A stretch of DNA of 64,000 nt from SAR86 cluster bacterium (GTDB taxonomy: Bacteria > Pseudomonadota > Gammaproteobacteria > Magnimaribacterales > D2472). Made by a program: the position numbers and the translations under genes. The notes beneath the pieces are model-generated. The model saw only the letters and a program-made list of their open reading frames with translations, searched no databases and was not told the origin of the DNA. Of this stretch, positions 9,991 through 20,693 are shown piece after piece. The stretch is from NCBI GenBank assembly GCA_023703655.1, contig CP097973.1, positions 798,170-862,169 of the forward strand. The letters run 5' to 3'. Within the stretch, counting starts at the first letter, position 1, and each line of letters starts with the position of its first letter.

Positions 9991-12414
9991 CTAGTGAGAT
10001 TTGCTTTTTGGTTCGCTTTGTTTTGAGCGTGTTTTTGAAATAGTTTGTTTCGTGCGCCTGGATCGAGTAGATGCCGACTTAGGTTTTGGCTGATCAGTTA
10101 GAGCAAGCGAAACAACTTCATCTATCCATTTTACCGGAAGGATTTCAAGAGACTTAATTATTTGTTTAGGGAACTCTGACAATTCTGCTTCATTTTCATG
10201 TGGAATAATAACTCTCTTTATACCTGCTCTTTTGGCAGCTAATAATTTTTCTTTGAGTCCACCGATTTTAAGCACTTGTCCATGCAAGGTAATCTCACCT
10301 GTCATTGCTGTATCTGCCCTGACTGGTATTTTTGTAAGCACAGAGATCAATGCAGTACACATGCCTATCCCTGCACTCGGCCCATCTTTTGGAGTAGCTC
10401 CTTCTGGTACATGTATATGAATATCAGATTTATCATGAAAACTTGGGTCTAAACCAAGTGCCTTTGATCTTGTTCTTACAACTGTTAATGCAGCTTGGAT
10501 TGATTCCTGCATTACATCTCCAAGTGATCCAGTTTTAATAATCTTACCCTTACCGCTAACATGTGATGCTTCAATTGTGAGTAACTCACCCCCAACTTGA
10601 GTCCAGGCCAGGCCAGATACTTTGCCAACACTGTTTTCTTTCTCAGCAGTCCCAAATTTAAACTTTCTTACTCCATTGTATTTTTCTAAATTCCTAGAAG
10701 TAATAGCAGCAAGCTTTTTAGTTTTTGTTTTCTTGTCAGTAAGCTCAATCTCTTTGACTGTTTTTCTCAGAATCTTTGCAATTTGACGTTCAAGACCCCT
10801 TACACCAGCCTCTCTAGTGTAGTACCTAATAATATCGAGAATAGCATTATCTTTTAGATCAACTTCACCAGATTTAAGACCATTTCTTTCCATTTGCTTT
10901 GGAACCAGGTATTGCTTTGCGATATTAAGTTTTTCATCTTCAATGTAACCAGGAATTCTGATGATCTCCATTCTATCCATAAGTGGTGGTGGTATATTTA
11001 AACTATTTGCAGTACAAACAAACATCACTTCTGAAAGATCAAAGTCAACTTCTAAATAATGATCCGAAAAAGTTGAATTTTGCTCAGGATCAAGAACTTC
11101 CAACAAAGCTGAAGCAGGATCGCCTCTATAGTCCATACCCATTTTATCAATTTCATCAAACAGAAATAATGGATTTTTAGACTCAACTTTTGTAATTTTT
11201 TGAATGATTTTTCCAGGCATTGAACCGATATAAGTTCTTCTATGGCCTCTGATCTCAGCTTCATCTCTAACACCACCGAGAGACATTCTTATAAATTCAC
11301 GGTTTGTAGCATTAGCAATTGATTGACCCAAAGAAGTCTTACCCACACCTGGTGGACCAACCAAACAAAGTACAGGTGCTTTCAATTTTTTAACCCTCTT
11401 TTGAACAGCTAAGTATTCCAAGATCCTTTCCTTAACTTCCTCAAGTCCGTAATGATCATTATCTAAAACTTTCAGTGCAGTTTTAATGTCAGATTTAACT
11501 TTAGTTTTTTTCTTCCAAGGGAGATTTATTAAACAATCCAAATAAGATCTTACAACCGAAGCTTCAGCAGACATTGGCGACATCAGTTTAAATTTGCCAA
11601 ATTCGGCCTTAGCCTTCTTTAACGCATCTTTTGGCATTCCAGAATGTTCGATTTGCGCTTCAAGTTGAGATATTTCATCACCTTCATCAGAAATGTCTCC
11701 TAATTCCTTCTGTGCAGCCTTGATCTGCTCATTTAGGTAATATTCTCTTTGAGACTTTTCCATTTGTTTTTTAACCCTATTGCGAACTTTTCTATCGACA
11801 TCTACAGAGTCCATGTAAGCTTGCAAATAACCAATTAAGCCATCAGCTCTTTGTTGAAGATCGTTGGCTTCTAGGAGTGCTTGAGACTCTTTCACATTAA
11901 GAGGCAAATGAGATGCAATAGAATCAATAACTTGAGAGCAATCATCTAGTGCCTCAATACTCGCAAACACCTCAGGAGCTACTTTTTTTGTAAGTTTAAT
12001 AAAATCACTAAACTTTGATTTAATAAAATGTATTAAATTCTTTTCATCATTTGCATTCAAAGATATTGGTTCAATAACATTAACCTGAAACTTCATAAAC
12101 TTCTTTTCATTGATTGGTTTTACTTTTTGGCATCTATTAATTCCTTCAACTAGTACTTTCAAAGTACCATCAGGCAATTTAATAAGTTGTAATATTGTTG
12201 CCATAGTTATTACATCAAAGATATCTTCATAATCAGGATCATCTAGAGTGCCATCTCTTTGAGCGCCAAGAAGTATTTTTTTATTTCCAGACATAGCATG
12301 ATTTAAAGCATTAATGGATTTTTCTCGACCAACAAATAGGGTAGTTACATTCCCTGGAAAGACAACTACATCTCTTAAGGCTAAAAATGGTAAATCATAC
12401 TTAATAGATTTCAT
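9991..12414 (-). CDS. lon: ATP-dependent Lon protease
   Basis: 807 aa. LON N-domain, Walker A GPPGVGKTS, catalytic-Ser region PKDGPSAGI. Carries an unusual basic Ser/Lys/Arg-rich C-terminal tail. Confidence 0.97.
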   Translation of the reverse strand: MKSIKYDLPFLALRDVVVFPGNVTTLFVGREKSINALNHAMSGNKKILLGAQRDGTLDDPDYEDIFDVITMATILQLIKLPDGTLKVLVEGINRCQKVKPINEKKFMKFQVNVIEPISLNANDEKNLIHFIKSKFSDFIKLTKKVAPEVFASIEALDDCSQVIDSIASHLPLNVKESQALLEANDLQQRADGLIGYLQAYMDSVDVDRKVRNRVKKQMEKSQREYYLNEQIKAAQKELGDISDEGDEISQLEAQIEHSGMPKDALKKAKAEFGKFKLMSPMSAEASVVRSYLDCLINLPWKKKTKVKSDIKTALKVLDNDHYGLEEVKERILEYLAVQKRVKKLKAPVLCLVGPPGVGKTSLGQSIANATNREFIRMSLGGVRDEAEIRGHRRTYIGSMPGKIIQKITKVESKNPLFLFDEIDKMGMDYRGDPASALLEVLDPEQNSTFSDHYLEVDFDLSEVMFVCTANSLNIPPPLMDRMEIIRIPGYIEDEKLNIAKQYLVPKQMERNGLKSGEVDLKDNAILDIIRYYTREAGVRGLERQIAKILRKTVKEIELTDKKTKTKKLAAITSRNLEKYNGVRKFKFGTAEKENSVGKVSGLAWTQVGGELLTIEASHVSGKGKIIKTGSLGDVMQESIQAALTVVRTRSKALGLDPSFHDKSDIHIHVPEGATPKDGPSAGIGMCTALISVLTKIPVRADTAMTGEITLHGQVLKIGGLKEKLLAAKRAGIKRVIIPHENEAELSEFPKQIIKSLEILPVKWIDEVVSLALTDQPKPKSASTRSRRTKQTISKTRSKQSEPKSKSH

Positions 12415-12418
12415 AACT

Positions 12419-13663
12419 TTATTTACCTACTGATGTTTTCTTTGACGATTTGTATACTTTTATAGGATCTTTTCTATGCACAACTGCATTTTCATCAATT
12501 ATTACTCTTTCAAGATCGTCATTTGGTAATTCAAACATGGTATCTGTAAGGATGTCTTCAAGAATAGATCTTAAACCTCTCGCGCCAGTTTTTCTTTGAA
12601 GCGCGAGCTTTGCGACTGCAAGGAGTGCCTCATCCTTAAAATCAAGATCTACTGAATCTATATCAAATAAATATTTGTACTGTTCTATTAGGGCATTCTT
12701 TGGTTCCTGCAGTATTCGAACAAGTGATTCTTCATCAAGCTCATGTAGAGTGGATAAAACAGGGAGTCTCCCAACAAACTCAGGTATTAATCCATATTTT
12801 ACGAGATCCTCGGGTTCAAGGTTTTGAAGGTACTCAACCTTTTGATTTTCGCTTTCTTTCAAGGAAGCTGAAAATCCTATGCTTGACTTGTCTGTTCGCC
12901 TTTTTATGACTTCATCTAAACCTGAGAATGCCCCTCCACAGATAAATAAAATATTGGATGTATCAATCTGAATGAATTCTTGTTGAGGATGTTTTCTTCC
13001 CCCTTGTGGTGGTATTGATGCAACAGTGCCTTCAATAAGCTTCAAAAGGGCTTGCTGAACACCCTCACCAGAAACATCTCTGGTAATCGAAGGGTTATCT
13101 GATTTTCTAGCTATCTTGTCAATCTCATCAATATACACGATTCCAAGTTTTGCCTGCTCAGGATCGTAATCACACTTTTGCAATAATTTTTGAATAATGT
13201 TTTCAACATCCTCACCAACATACCCCGCTTCAGTAAGTGTTGTTGCATCTGCTATTGTAAAAGGAACGTTTAATATCTTAGCTAATGTTTGTGCAAGTAA
13301 AGTTTTCCCACTGCCAGTTGGTCCAAGCAGTAGAACATTACTTTTTTGGAGTTCGACAGCATTTTTTTTGGAGCCACTTTTTAATCGCTTATAATGGTTG
13401 TAAACTGCAACAGACAATATTTTTTTTGCTGACTCTTGCCCAATAACGTAATCATCAAGTTGAGAAAATATCTCCATAGGTGATGGTAGGTCATCTAACT
13501 TTGATTTTCCTTCAGACTTAACTTCCTCGTCAATAATGTCATTACATAGGTCAACACATTCATCACATATATAAACACTTGGTCCAGCAATTAATTTGCG
13601 AACATCATCTTGATTTTTGCCGCAGAAGGAGCATGTTAATTTTGAAGTATCTTTGCTATCCAT
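12419..13663 (-). CDS. clpX: ATP-dependent Clp protease ATP-binding subunit ClpX
   Basis: 414 aa. N-terminal zinc ribbon CSFCGK...CDEC, Walker [12 protein letters not shown]-type loop region. Confidence 0.97.
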   Translation of the reverse strand: MDSKDTSKLTCSFCGKNQDDVRKLIAGPSVYICDECVDLCNDIIDEEVKSEGKSKLDDLPSPMEIFSQLDDYVIGQESAKKILSVAVYNHYKRLKSGSKKNAVELQKSNVLLLGPTGSGKTLLAQTLAKILNVPFTIADATTLTEAGYVGEDVENIIQKLLQKCDYDPEQAKLGIVYIDEIDKIARKSDNPSITRDVSGEGVQQALLKLIEGTVASIPPQGGRKHPQQEFIQIDTSNILFICGGAFSGLDEVIKRRTDKSSIGFSASLKESENQKVEYLQNLEPEDLVKYGLIPEFVGRLPVLSTLHELDEESLVRILQEPKNALIEQYKYLFDIDSVDLDFKDEALLAVAKLALQRKTGARGLRSILEDILTDTMFELPNDDLERVIIDENAVVHRKDPIKVYKSSKKTSVGK

Positions 13664-14279
13664 TGATCAATTCTCGAGATTCTAATATATCGTCAATAAT
13701 ACCGTAGGACTTTGCATCTTTTGCATTAAGGAAATTATCTCTATCAGTATCTTGCTCAATCTTCTTTAATGTTTTGCCAGTATGCTTCGATAAAATTTCA
13801 TTAACTTTTTTCTTAGCTGACATTATTTCTTTAGCGTGAATTTCGATATCTGAAGCTTGTCCCTGGTAACCTCCTAATGGTTGATGAATCATTATTCTTG
13901 AGTTAGGTAATGCAAATCTCTTTGATTTTGAGCCACCAGTTAACAATAAAGCACCCATGCTTGCGGCTTGTCCGACACATAAAGTCACAATATCAGGTTT
14001 TACAAACTGCATCGTGTCATAAATTGCTAATCCAGAGGATATGACCCCACCAGGAGAGTTAATGTAAATACTAATATCTTTATCAGGATTTTCTGATTCT
14101 AAAAAAAGTAGCTGAGCTATTGCAAGGTTTGAAATATAATCATCTATGGGTCCAGTAATAAATATAATTCTCTCTTTGAGCAATCTAGAGTAGATATCAA
14201 AAGCCCTTTCACCTCTTGGTGTTTGTTCAACAACCATAGGAACAAGTCCGGAATTGTATATATTATTTTTTTCTCTCAT
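13656..14279 (-). CDS. clpP: ATP-dependent Clp protease proteolytic subunit ClpP
   Basis: 207 aa. Active-site context GQAASMGA and IMIHQP. Overlaps clpX by 8 nt and tig by 4 nt. Confidence 0.97.
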   Translation of the reverse strand: MREKNNIYNSGLVPMVVEQTPRGERAFDIYSRLLKERIIFITGPIDDYISNLAIAQLLFLESENPDKDISIYINSPGGVISSGLAIYDTMQFVKPDIVTLCVGQAASMGALLLTGGSKSKRFALPNSRIMIHQPLGGYQGQASDIEIHAKEIMSAKKKVNEILSKHTGKTLKKIEQDTDRDNFLNAKDAKSYGIIDDILESRELING

Positions 14280-15583
14280 TTTTGTAGGTTAGATAAATCC
14301 TTAAATTTAATTACCTTATCACTTGATTTAAGTTCAGATTTCAATTTTTCAATAAGCTTGTCCTCTAAAATGATCATTTTGAAGTTTTCTAGAGTATTTT
14401 GTTGAGTTTTTGCCCATTTTATATATTGCTCAGGTTCTTTATACTTATTTGATTCTTTTTTCAAATATTCTTGAATCTCAGATTCACTTACTTCCAATTT
14501 ATACTTCTTCAAAAATGCTGAAAATAAAAGATCAAGTTTTATCCTTTTTTCAGCATCCTCGCTAAAAGTTTCTTCAGGATAAAGATCTTCAGGTGCATCA
14601 TCTAGCTTTTGCCCCATTCTAGCAAGCGCATCGTTTCTCATCGATTTCATTTGATCGTCAAGTGTTGCTTGAGGTATATCAAATTTATTTACATCAAGAA
14701 TTAATTTGTAGATTGATTCCTTTGTAAGAGATTTTTCTTGTTGTTCTACTTCTTTTTCCATTCTTTTAACGATTTCGGCTCTAAACTCTTCAGGAGTTTT
14801 AACCTCATCCATCATTAAGGATGAGAACAATGCAGAATCAACTTTGGCTTTTGTTTTTTCTTCAACTTTTAAAAGTTTAGTTTCAAATTTAGTTGCTTTG
14901 CCAGCTAAATCTTTTTTGAAGTAATCTTCTGGAAAAGTAACATTGATAGAAAACTCATCACCAGTCTTTTTCCCAATTATTGCTTCCTCAAAACCAGGAA
15001 TCATGGAGTTTGATCCTATAACCAATGGAAAGTTTTTTGATGAACTACCTTCAAATTCCTCACCATCAATTGTGCCAACAAAGTCAATTGTGGCTTGGTC
15101 ATGTTCTTTTACGTTTCTTTTAACCTCTTTCCACTCTCCATATCTATCTAAAATATCATCTATAGCAAAATCTACATCCTTATCATTGAAACTGATTGTT
15201 GTTTCTTCATATTTTTTAAACATACCTAACTTTGGTTTAATCTCTGGAAAAACCTCAAATTCAGCATTATAAGATATGCCTTTCTTAGGATCTTCAGACT
15301 TTATATCTATCTTTGGAGCAGAGGCTGGGTTAATATTTTGTGCTTTTAATTCAATTGGGTATGTCTTTTGAATCAACTCATTAAGAATCTCATAATGTAT
15401 TGATGGGCCATATTTTTGTATTAATACATTGTCTGGTGCAGACCCTTTCCGAAAACCATCGAGCTTTACTGTAGATCTAATCTTTTTTAGTTTTGCAGAA
15501 TAGCTTGAATTATACTCATCAGTGTCAACTTTTACTTCAAGTTTTCTTTTTAGTCCGCTTAATTTTTTGATCTTGCTACTCAT
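14276..15583 (-). CDS. tig: Trigger factor (ribosome-associated chaperone/PPIase)
   Basis: Trigger-factor N-domain ([30 protein letters not shown]), FKBP domain and C-domain. Start placed at ATG 15583 (MSSKIKK) with SD AGGA; the ORF-track extension to 15640 runs through tRNA-His. Confidence 0.93.
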   Translation of the reverse strand: MSSKIKKLSGLKRKLEVKVDTDEYNSSYSAKLKKIRSTVKLDGFRKGSAPDNVLIQKYGPSIHYEILNELIQKTYPIELKAQNINPASAPKIDIKSEDPKKGISYNAEFEVFPEIKPKLGMFKKYEETTISFNDKDVDFAIDDILDRYGEWKEVKRNVKEHDQATIDFVGTIDGEEFEGSSSKNFPLVIGSNSMIPGFEEAIIGKKTGDEFSINVTFPEDYFKKDLAGKATKFETKLLKVEEKTKAKVDSALFSSLMMDEVKTPEEFRAEIVKRMEKEVEQQEKSLTKESIYKLILDVNKFDIPQATLDDQMKSMRNDALARMGQKLDDAPEDLYPEETFSEDAEKRIKLDLLFSAFLKKYKLEVSESEIQEYLKKESNKYKEPEQYIKWAKTQQNTLENFKMIILEDKLIEKLKSELKSSDKVIKFKDLSNLQK

Positions 15584-15597
15584 ATATATATTCCTAT

Positions 15598-15675
15598 TGG
15601 GGCGAGCGATGGGGTTCGAACCCACGGCCTCCGGAGCCACAATCCAGCGCTCTAACCAACTGAGCTACGCCCGCC
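15598..15675 (-). tRNA. tRNA-His (anticodon GUG), with encoded G-1 and CCA
   Basis: The reverse complement GGCGGGCGTAGCTCAGTTGGTTAGAGCGCTGGATTGTGGCTCCGGAGGCCGTGGGTTCGAACCCCATCGCTCGCCCCA folds as a cloverleaf. Anticodon loop is ATTGTGG, with an extra 5' G typical of tRNA-His. Confidence 0.93.
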
Positions 15676-15748
15676 ACGAAAAGCCACACATTATAAAAGA
15701 AAAATAATATAATCTATACCTTAAAGCTTTACGCGTGCTTAATACTTT

Positions 15749-17146
15749 ATGTGCTCAATGCTAACTTCAACAAATCGTCTCATAGATGATGCATTAAATT
15801 ATACGAATATATCAAAAGAGTTAGCCCATCGAATCAAAGTTCCTAACGCAACGTATTCAATTAACTTTGGCGTTAGGTTAAATGATAAATTGCATACCTT
15901 TAATGGTTGGAGATGTGTGCATTCAGATCATATGGAGCCTGTAAAAGGAGGCATCAGATTTGATATTGATTCAAATCTTGAAGAAGTTGAAGGGCTAGCA
16001 GCATTGATGACATACAAAAATGCAATTATTGAAGTTCCCTATGGTGGATCAAAAGGAGCTTTAAAAATAAATCCTAATGATTGGAGTGAAGATGAATTAG
16101 AAAAAATTACTCGACGATTTGCTCAAGAACTTATTGAAAGGGATATGATAAATCCTGCAAGGAATGTTCCTGCACCTGATATGGGTACTAGCTCAAGAGA
16201 AATGGCATGGATTGCTGATGAATATAAAAGAATGCACCCTGCAGACATAAATTCTTTGGCCTGCGTCACAGGCAAACCAGTTGGGAAAGGTGGAATCTCT
16301 GGTAGAGAAGAAGCAACAGGACGTGGCGTTCAATTTATCATCAGAGAATTTTTTAGAAATAAAGAGGATTTTAAATTAGCAAATTTTAAAGGTGGGTTAA
16401 AAGGTAAAAAAATTGCCATCCAAGGTTTTGGTAACGTTGGTTTTCATATAGCAAAATTTTTGCAGGAAGAAGATGATTGTATTATAGAAGCGATATTAGA
16501 ATTTAATGGTGCAATTAGAAATAACAATGGGATTAATGTTTCTGAAGCACATGATTTTTTCAGACAAAATAATACTTTTCATGGTTTTAGTGGTGGCGAA
16601 TTTATTAATGATGGTAATTCCCTTCTAAAAGAGAAATTTGATATCTTAATTCCTGCAGCCAAAGAAAATGTAATTAATATTGAAAATGCTTCAGAAATAA
16701 AATCAAATCTTATTGTAGAGGCTGCCAATGGCCCAGTTACATATGAAGCAGATAAAATACTAAATAAAAATGGAATTATCATCATCCCAGATATCATGGC
16801 AAATGCAGGTGGTGTTGCCGTTAGTTATTTCGAATGGGTTCGTAATCTGAGACATATTAGATTTGGCAGGCTTGAAAAAAGAAGAAACCTAAATCAAATT
16901 CAAACTTTGATACATTCAATTGAGGCTATGACTGGTAAATCTATGCCTGAAGAATTTAAACAAGTGCTCAATGATGGAATTAATGAAATTGATCTTATCA
17001 GATCAGGATTAGATGACATGATGATTGAGGCATATCAAAAAGTAAAAATAATACAAAAAGAATCTAATATTGGTGATTTAAGGACAGCAGCATTTAAAGC
17101 TGCCCTGGAGAAAATAGCTGTTTCATACGAAACTATTGGTCTATGA
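15749..17146 (+). CDS. Glu/Leu/Phe/Val-family amino-acid dehydrogenase (probable glutamate dehydrogenase)
   Basis: 465 aa. Catalytic-Lys motif PYGGSKGALKINP and Rossmann motif IQGFGNVGFH. The start could instead be the second ATG at 15758. Confidence 0.85.
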   Translation: MCSMLTSTNRLIDDALNYTNISKELAHRIKVPNATYSINFGVRLNDKLHTFNGWRCVHSDHMEPVKGGIRFDIDSNLEEVEGLAALMTYKNAIIEVPYGGSKGALKINPNDWSEDELEKITRRFAQELIERDMINPARNVPAPDMGTSSREMAWIADEYKRMHPADINSLACVTGKPVGKGGISGREEATGRGVQFIIREFFRNKEDFKLANFKGGLKGKKIAIQGFGNVGFHIAKFLQEEDDCIIEAILEFNGAIRNNNGINVSEAHDFFRQNNTFHGFSGGEFINDGNSLLKEKFDILIPAAKENVINIENASEIKSNLIVEAANGPVTYEADKILNKNGIIIIPDIMANAGGVAVSYFEWVRNLRHIRFGRLEKRRNLNQIQTLIHSIEAMTGKSMPEEFKQVLNDGINEIDLIRSGLDDMMIEAYQKVKIIQKESNIGDLRTAAFKAALEKIAVSYETIGL

Positions 17147-17773
17147 AACAAATGTTCCGTTGTTTTTTTCCTTGCTCCATTGTTCATGTTTTTGCATAAC
17201 TTCTTTGAACAAAGCTGAGGATTCAAATTCATTTAAGAGTATGATTGCGTGCTTATGTTCCATTGAAGAAAAATAGACAGAATCAGCAATTCTATATTGT
17301 CTTATAAAAGGCATGATTGAGATAAAAAGTATGCTGGGTTGGCTTGATGTGATCCAATCATTTTTTTTTATGACCTCTTCAAGATATAAAAGAATATAGT
17401 TGCACTTGTCTCTATGTAAATGTGGGTCAGTATCATATCTTTGATAGTATTTATATCGATCTAAATGATATTTGAAATCGTTATCAAATAACTTGATGAC
17501 TTCGTTAGTTAACTTGCTTTCATCTCCTTTTGCTGTATAAAAGTTTGATGGGTTCTTAGCAAAAGCCCAATTTATAATATCGAGACTTTCATCTAAGACT
17601 TTGTCATTGAGTTGCAATACAGGGACGGTTCCTTTTGGGGAAAGAGCCAGCATCTCTTCAGGCTTATCTTTTAAAAGAACTTCTCTGAGCTCATAACTAA
17701 TTTTTGCAAGTTTTAAAGCCATTCTTGCACGCATTGCATAGGGACATCGTCTGAATGAGTATAAAATTGGCAA
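17141..17773 (-). CDS. Glutathione S-transferase-family protein (thioredoxin-like N-domain)
   Basis: 210 aa. N-terminus ILYSFRRCPYAMRARMAL...SPKGTVPVL matches the GST_N/glutaredoxin-2-like fold. Confidence 0.7.
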   Translation of the reverse strand: MPILYSFRRCPYAMRARMALKLAKISYELREVLLKDKPEEMLALSPKGTVPVLQLNDKVLDESLDIINWAFAKNPSNFYTAKGDESKLTNEVIKLFDNDFKYHLDRYKYYQRYDTDPHLHRDKCNYILLYLEEVIKKNDWITSSQPSILFISIMPFIRQYRIADSVYFSSMEHKHAIILLNEFESSALFKEVMQKHEQWSKEKNNGTFVS

Positions 17774-17775
17774 AT

Positions 17776-18699
17776 TTAACCTATGACTTTTGTAGCATTT
17801 CCAAAGTGTGTTTTACCAGATGCATTTGCTATATCAACTTGTTTTTGGCGGTTAGCGTATTTTTCTTTTTGAGATAATGATTTAACGTTATAACAATGTG
17901 GGCATGAGACTCCTCGCACATATTGTTTTGACTTTTTATCAGGAGAATTGATTGGCATTCTACAGCCGTGGCACAAATCATATGATCCTTTTGCCAAGTT
18001 ATGATCTAGGGATACTCTATCATCAAAAACAAAACACTCACCCTCCCACATCGAATCACTTTCATTAACGTCAGCAAAATAATTCAAAATTCCACCTTTC
18101 AATTGATAAACATTTTTGAATCCTTCTTTTTTCATTAGCGAACTTGCTTTTTCGCATCTTATCCCCCCTGTACAGAACATTGCTACTTTGTGTTCTGTAT
18201 CAATTTTTGTTTTAAGTGCCTTTACCCATTTTGGGAATTCTCTGAAGTTTGTTGTTTTTGGAGAAGTAGAATTTTTGAATGTTCCAATATGCGTTTCGTA
18301 CATATTTCTTGTATCAAGCAATAAAACATCTTCTTGGGATATGAGTTTATTCCAATCTTTGGGATGAACATATTGTCCATTCTGTGACTTCACATCAATT
18401 TCATGATCACCAATTGTTACAATTTCATCCTTTAATTTAATTTTAAGTCTATGAAATGGTAAAAAATCACATTCACTAAACTTAAGCATTTCTTCACTTA
18501 ATAAATTGTGTTTAAAACACAAATCAGAAAATTTTTTCATTTCATTATCTGTGCCTGAAATTGTTCCATTAATTCCTTCTTTTGCAACTAAAATTGTTCC
18601 TTTTATTAATGTTTCTTGGCAAAAATCAGCAAGCAATACTTGAACATTCCGTGGACAGTCGATTTCAATAAAATTATAAAATGCTAAAACCTTATACAT
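17776..18699 (-). CDS. trhO: Rhodanese-domain tRNA uridine(34) hydroxylase TrhO (YceA/UPF0176 family)
   Basis: 307 aa. N-terminus MYKVLAFYNFIEI is typical of UPF0176; rhodanese active-site loop FCTGGIRCEKAS; C-terminal Cys-rich motif CHGC...CPHC. Confidence 0.85.
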   Translation of the reverse strand: MYKVLAFYNFIEIDCPRNVQVLLADFCQETLIKGTILVAKEGINGTISGTDNEMKKFSDLCFKHNLLSEEMLKFSECDFLPFHRLKIKLKDEIVTIGDHEIDVKSQNGQYVHPKDWNKLISQEDVLLLDTRNMYETHIGTFKNSTSPKTTNFREFPKWVKALKTKIDTEHKVAMFCTGGIRCEKASSLMKKEGFKNVYQLKGGILNYFADVNESDSMWEGECFVFDDRVSLDHNLAKGSYDLCHGCRMPINSPDKKSKQYVRGVSCPHCYNVKSLSQKEKYANRQKQVDIANASGKTHFGNATKVIG

Positions 18700-18716
18700 A
18701 CTAATAATCTTTAAAA

Positions 18717-18793
<77 letters not shown>

Positions 18794-18795
18794 AC

Positions 18796-18872
18796 TGGTC
18801 GGGGTAGTAAGATTCGAACTTACGACCACTCGCTCCCAAAGCGAGTGCGCTACCAGACTGCGCCATACCCCG
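18796..18872 (-). tRNA. tRNA-Pro (anticodon UGG)
   Basis: The reverse complement CGGGGTATGGCGCAGTCTGGTAGCGCACTCGCTTTGGGAGCGAGTGGTCGTAAGTTCGAATCTTACTACCCCGACCA folds as a cloverleaf. Anticodon loop is TTTGGGA; CCA is encoded. Confidence 0.93.
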
Positions 18873-18955
18873 AAAAAAATTAACATAAAAAAATATTTAA
18901 ATGATAAATTTCGATAATGATATCATCAGATTGTTAGCACTTCTAGGCAGATAAA

Positions 18956-19765
18956 TTAATGATTACCATAAGTAAAAATTGCATTTATGTGAGATTGTTT
19001 TTGCAATATACCTAAAACGTAATTTTCATCTGTTATGACCTCACCGGTCTCTAATATACCGCCATAATTCAGTTTCTTAAAAAACCTTAATATATCCTTA
19101 GCCGAGTCTCCATTGAGATTTAGATGATATTCTCCTAACTCAATAAATACTATTGGCTTAAATTTTTCTAAAAGTTGGGCGGAACCGGTTAGAACTTTAT
19201 AATCAAATCCATCAACATCTATTTTGATGAAATCAACTTGTGGAATATTATTGAACAGACGATCCAGTGAAGTGATTTCACCAGTGTAAGTCTCATCTTT
19301 ATGATCTTTTATTTGATTTGAAGCGTTTATTTGCCAGCTTGAACGTATTTTTGCAACCTTATCGTGCTCGTTATTTGAAATATAAGTTTTTAAAAGCTTG
19401 GTATTTTCCTTGAGCGCTGGATTCAAATTATAGTTTCTTTGAAGCTTAGAAAAAGCATAATCAGTGGGCTCAATTGCAACTAAATTACCATTCTTACCAA
19501 TAATTTTTGAAATTATCAGTGAGTGTGCACCAACATTTGCTCCTACCTCAATTACCGAGTCACCTAACTTTATAAGCTTATGAAGTAACTTTATAGTTTG
19601 AGGCTCCCAGCCTCTAAGAAAAATTGCTCTATCTACAGACTCACTGATATCAACTTCATAAATGATACCCTTTCTTTTAACTAAAAAAATTTTTCTTAAT
19701 CTTGACAAGAGATCAAGAGATAATCCAACAATATCTTTTAAAAGTTTGAAAATTTTAGTTTGCAT
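18956..19765 (-). CDS. FkbM-family SAM-dependent methyltransferase
   Basis: 269 aa. SAM motif VIEVGANVGAHSL and FkbM-type region FIKIDVDGFDYKVL. Confidence 0.75.
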   Translation of the reverse strand: MQTKIFKLLKDIVGLSLDLLSRLRKIFLVKRKGIIYEVDISESVDRAIFLRGWEPQTIKLLHKLIKLGDSVIEVGANVGAHSLIISKIIGKNGNLVAIEPTDYAFSKLQRNYNLNPALKENTKLLKTYISNNEHDKVAKIRSSWQINASNQIKDHKDETYTGEITSLDRLFNNIPQVDFIKIDVDGFDYKVLTGSAQLLEKFKPIVFIELGEYHLNLNGDSAKDILRFFKKLNYGGILETGEVITDENYVLGILQKQSHINAIFTYGNH

Positions 19766-19847
19766 AAAAAATATTCATTTAATCAAAATTTATTGTATAT
19801 CAAAAAACTGCTAATAATTTGAGCCTATATTATGAGAGAATAAAGAC

Positions 19848-20693
19848 ATGAAACCAATTGTTTTAGATGGTAAGTTTTTGGCTGCTGATACAGAAACCAA
19901 TCTTATAGATCGCGTTCAAAACCTGCAGAACAACGGAATAAATCCTTGTCTTGCTACAATTCTTGTCGGTAACGATCCAGCGTCAGGCACATATGTAAAA
20001 ATGAAACAAAACACCTGCAAAAGGTTGGGTATAAAATCATTAGCTGTTGAGTTACCATCAAATACATCCACTGAACAATTGATAATAAAGATTTCTGAGC
20101 TTAATGCAGATGAGTCAGTCCATGGCATCCTACTTCAACATCCAGTTCCAGAACAAATAGACGAAAGACAATGCTTTAATCACATTGATGTAGCAAAGGA
20201 TGTAGATGGCGTAACAACCTTAGGCTTTGGCAATATGACTATGGGTGTTGATGCATACGGGTCATGTACACCTCAAGGAATTATGAGAATTTTGGAACAT
20301 TATAATATTGAGCTCTCAGGATTAAATGCAGTCATAATTGGTAGAAGTCCAATATTAGGTAAACCAATGTCGATGATGTTGTTAAATAAAAATGCGACAG
20401 TAACTATTTGTCACTCACGAACAAAAGATTTATCTGCAATAGTTAAAAATGCAGATTTAGTTGTTGCTGCTGTCGGTATACCAAAATTTATCAAGACCAG
20501 TTGGTTAAAGAATGGGGTGATACTTATAGATGCTGGATATCATCCAAAAGAAAATTGTGGAGATGCTGATCTTTTGGATATTGAAAAAGTGGCATATGCT
20601 TATACACCCGTGCCTGGCGGTGTGGGACCAATGACAATTAACACATTAATGCTTCAAACTATTGTAGCTGCTGAAAAAAATTGTAATGTCTAA
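19848..20693 (+). CDS. folD: Bifunctional 5,10-methylene-THF dehydrogenase / methenyl-THF cyclohydrolase FolD
   Basis: 281 aa. Motifs [39 protein letters not shown] and [11 protein letters not shown]. Confidence 0.96.
   Translation: MKPIVLDGKFLAADTETNLIDRVQNLQNNGINPCLATILVGNDPASGTYVKMKQNTCKRLGIKSLAVELPSNTSTEQLIIKISELNADESVHGILLQHPVPEQIDERQCFNHIDVAKDVDGVTTLGFGNMTMGVDAYGSCTPQGIMRILEHYNIELSGLNAVIIGRSPILGKPMSMMLLNKNATVTICHSRTKDLSAIVKNADLVVAAVGIPKFIKTSWLKNGVILIDAGYHPKENCGDADLLDIEKVAYAYTPVPGGVGPMTINTLMLQTIVAAEKNCNV

Noticed and set aside
15584-15640. The ORF-track N-terminal extension of trigger factor (MAPEAVGSNPIARPNRNIY...). The same effect occurs at 26808-26867 (MPACHAGGRGFESRPVRQII), at 63658-63753 (MVELVDTLVLGTSAVRRGGSIPSIPTIFFDKN) and in the plus-strand ORFs 15522-15707 and 63593-63799.
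   Set aside because: These residues are translations of tRNA genes (His, Asp, Leu) that happen to be open in frame. Downstream ATGs give proper N-termini (an SD for tig, signal peptides or TM starts for the others).
19815-19842. A dif-like or recombination-site look-alike (cctatattatgagag) upstream of folD.
   Set aside because: It shares only the TATTATG core with the gammaproteobacterial dif consensus, and the flanking XerC/XerD arms do not match.
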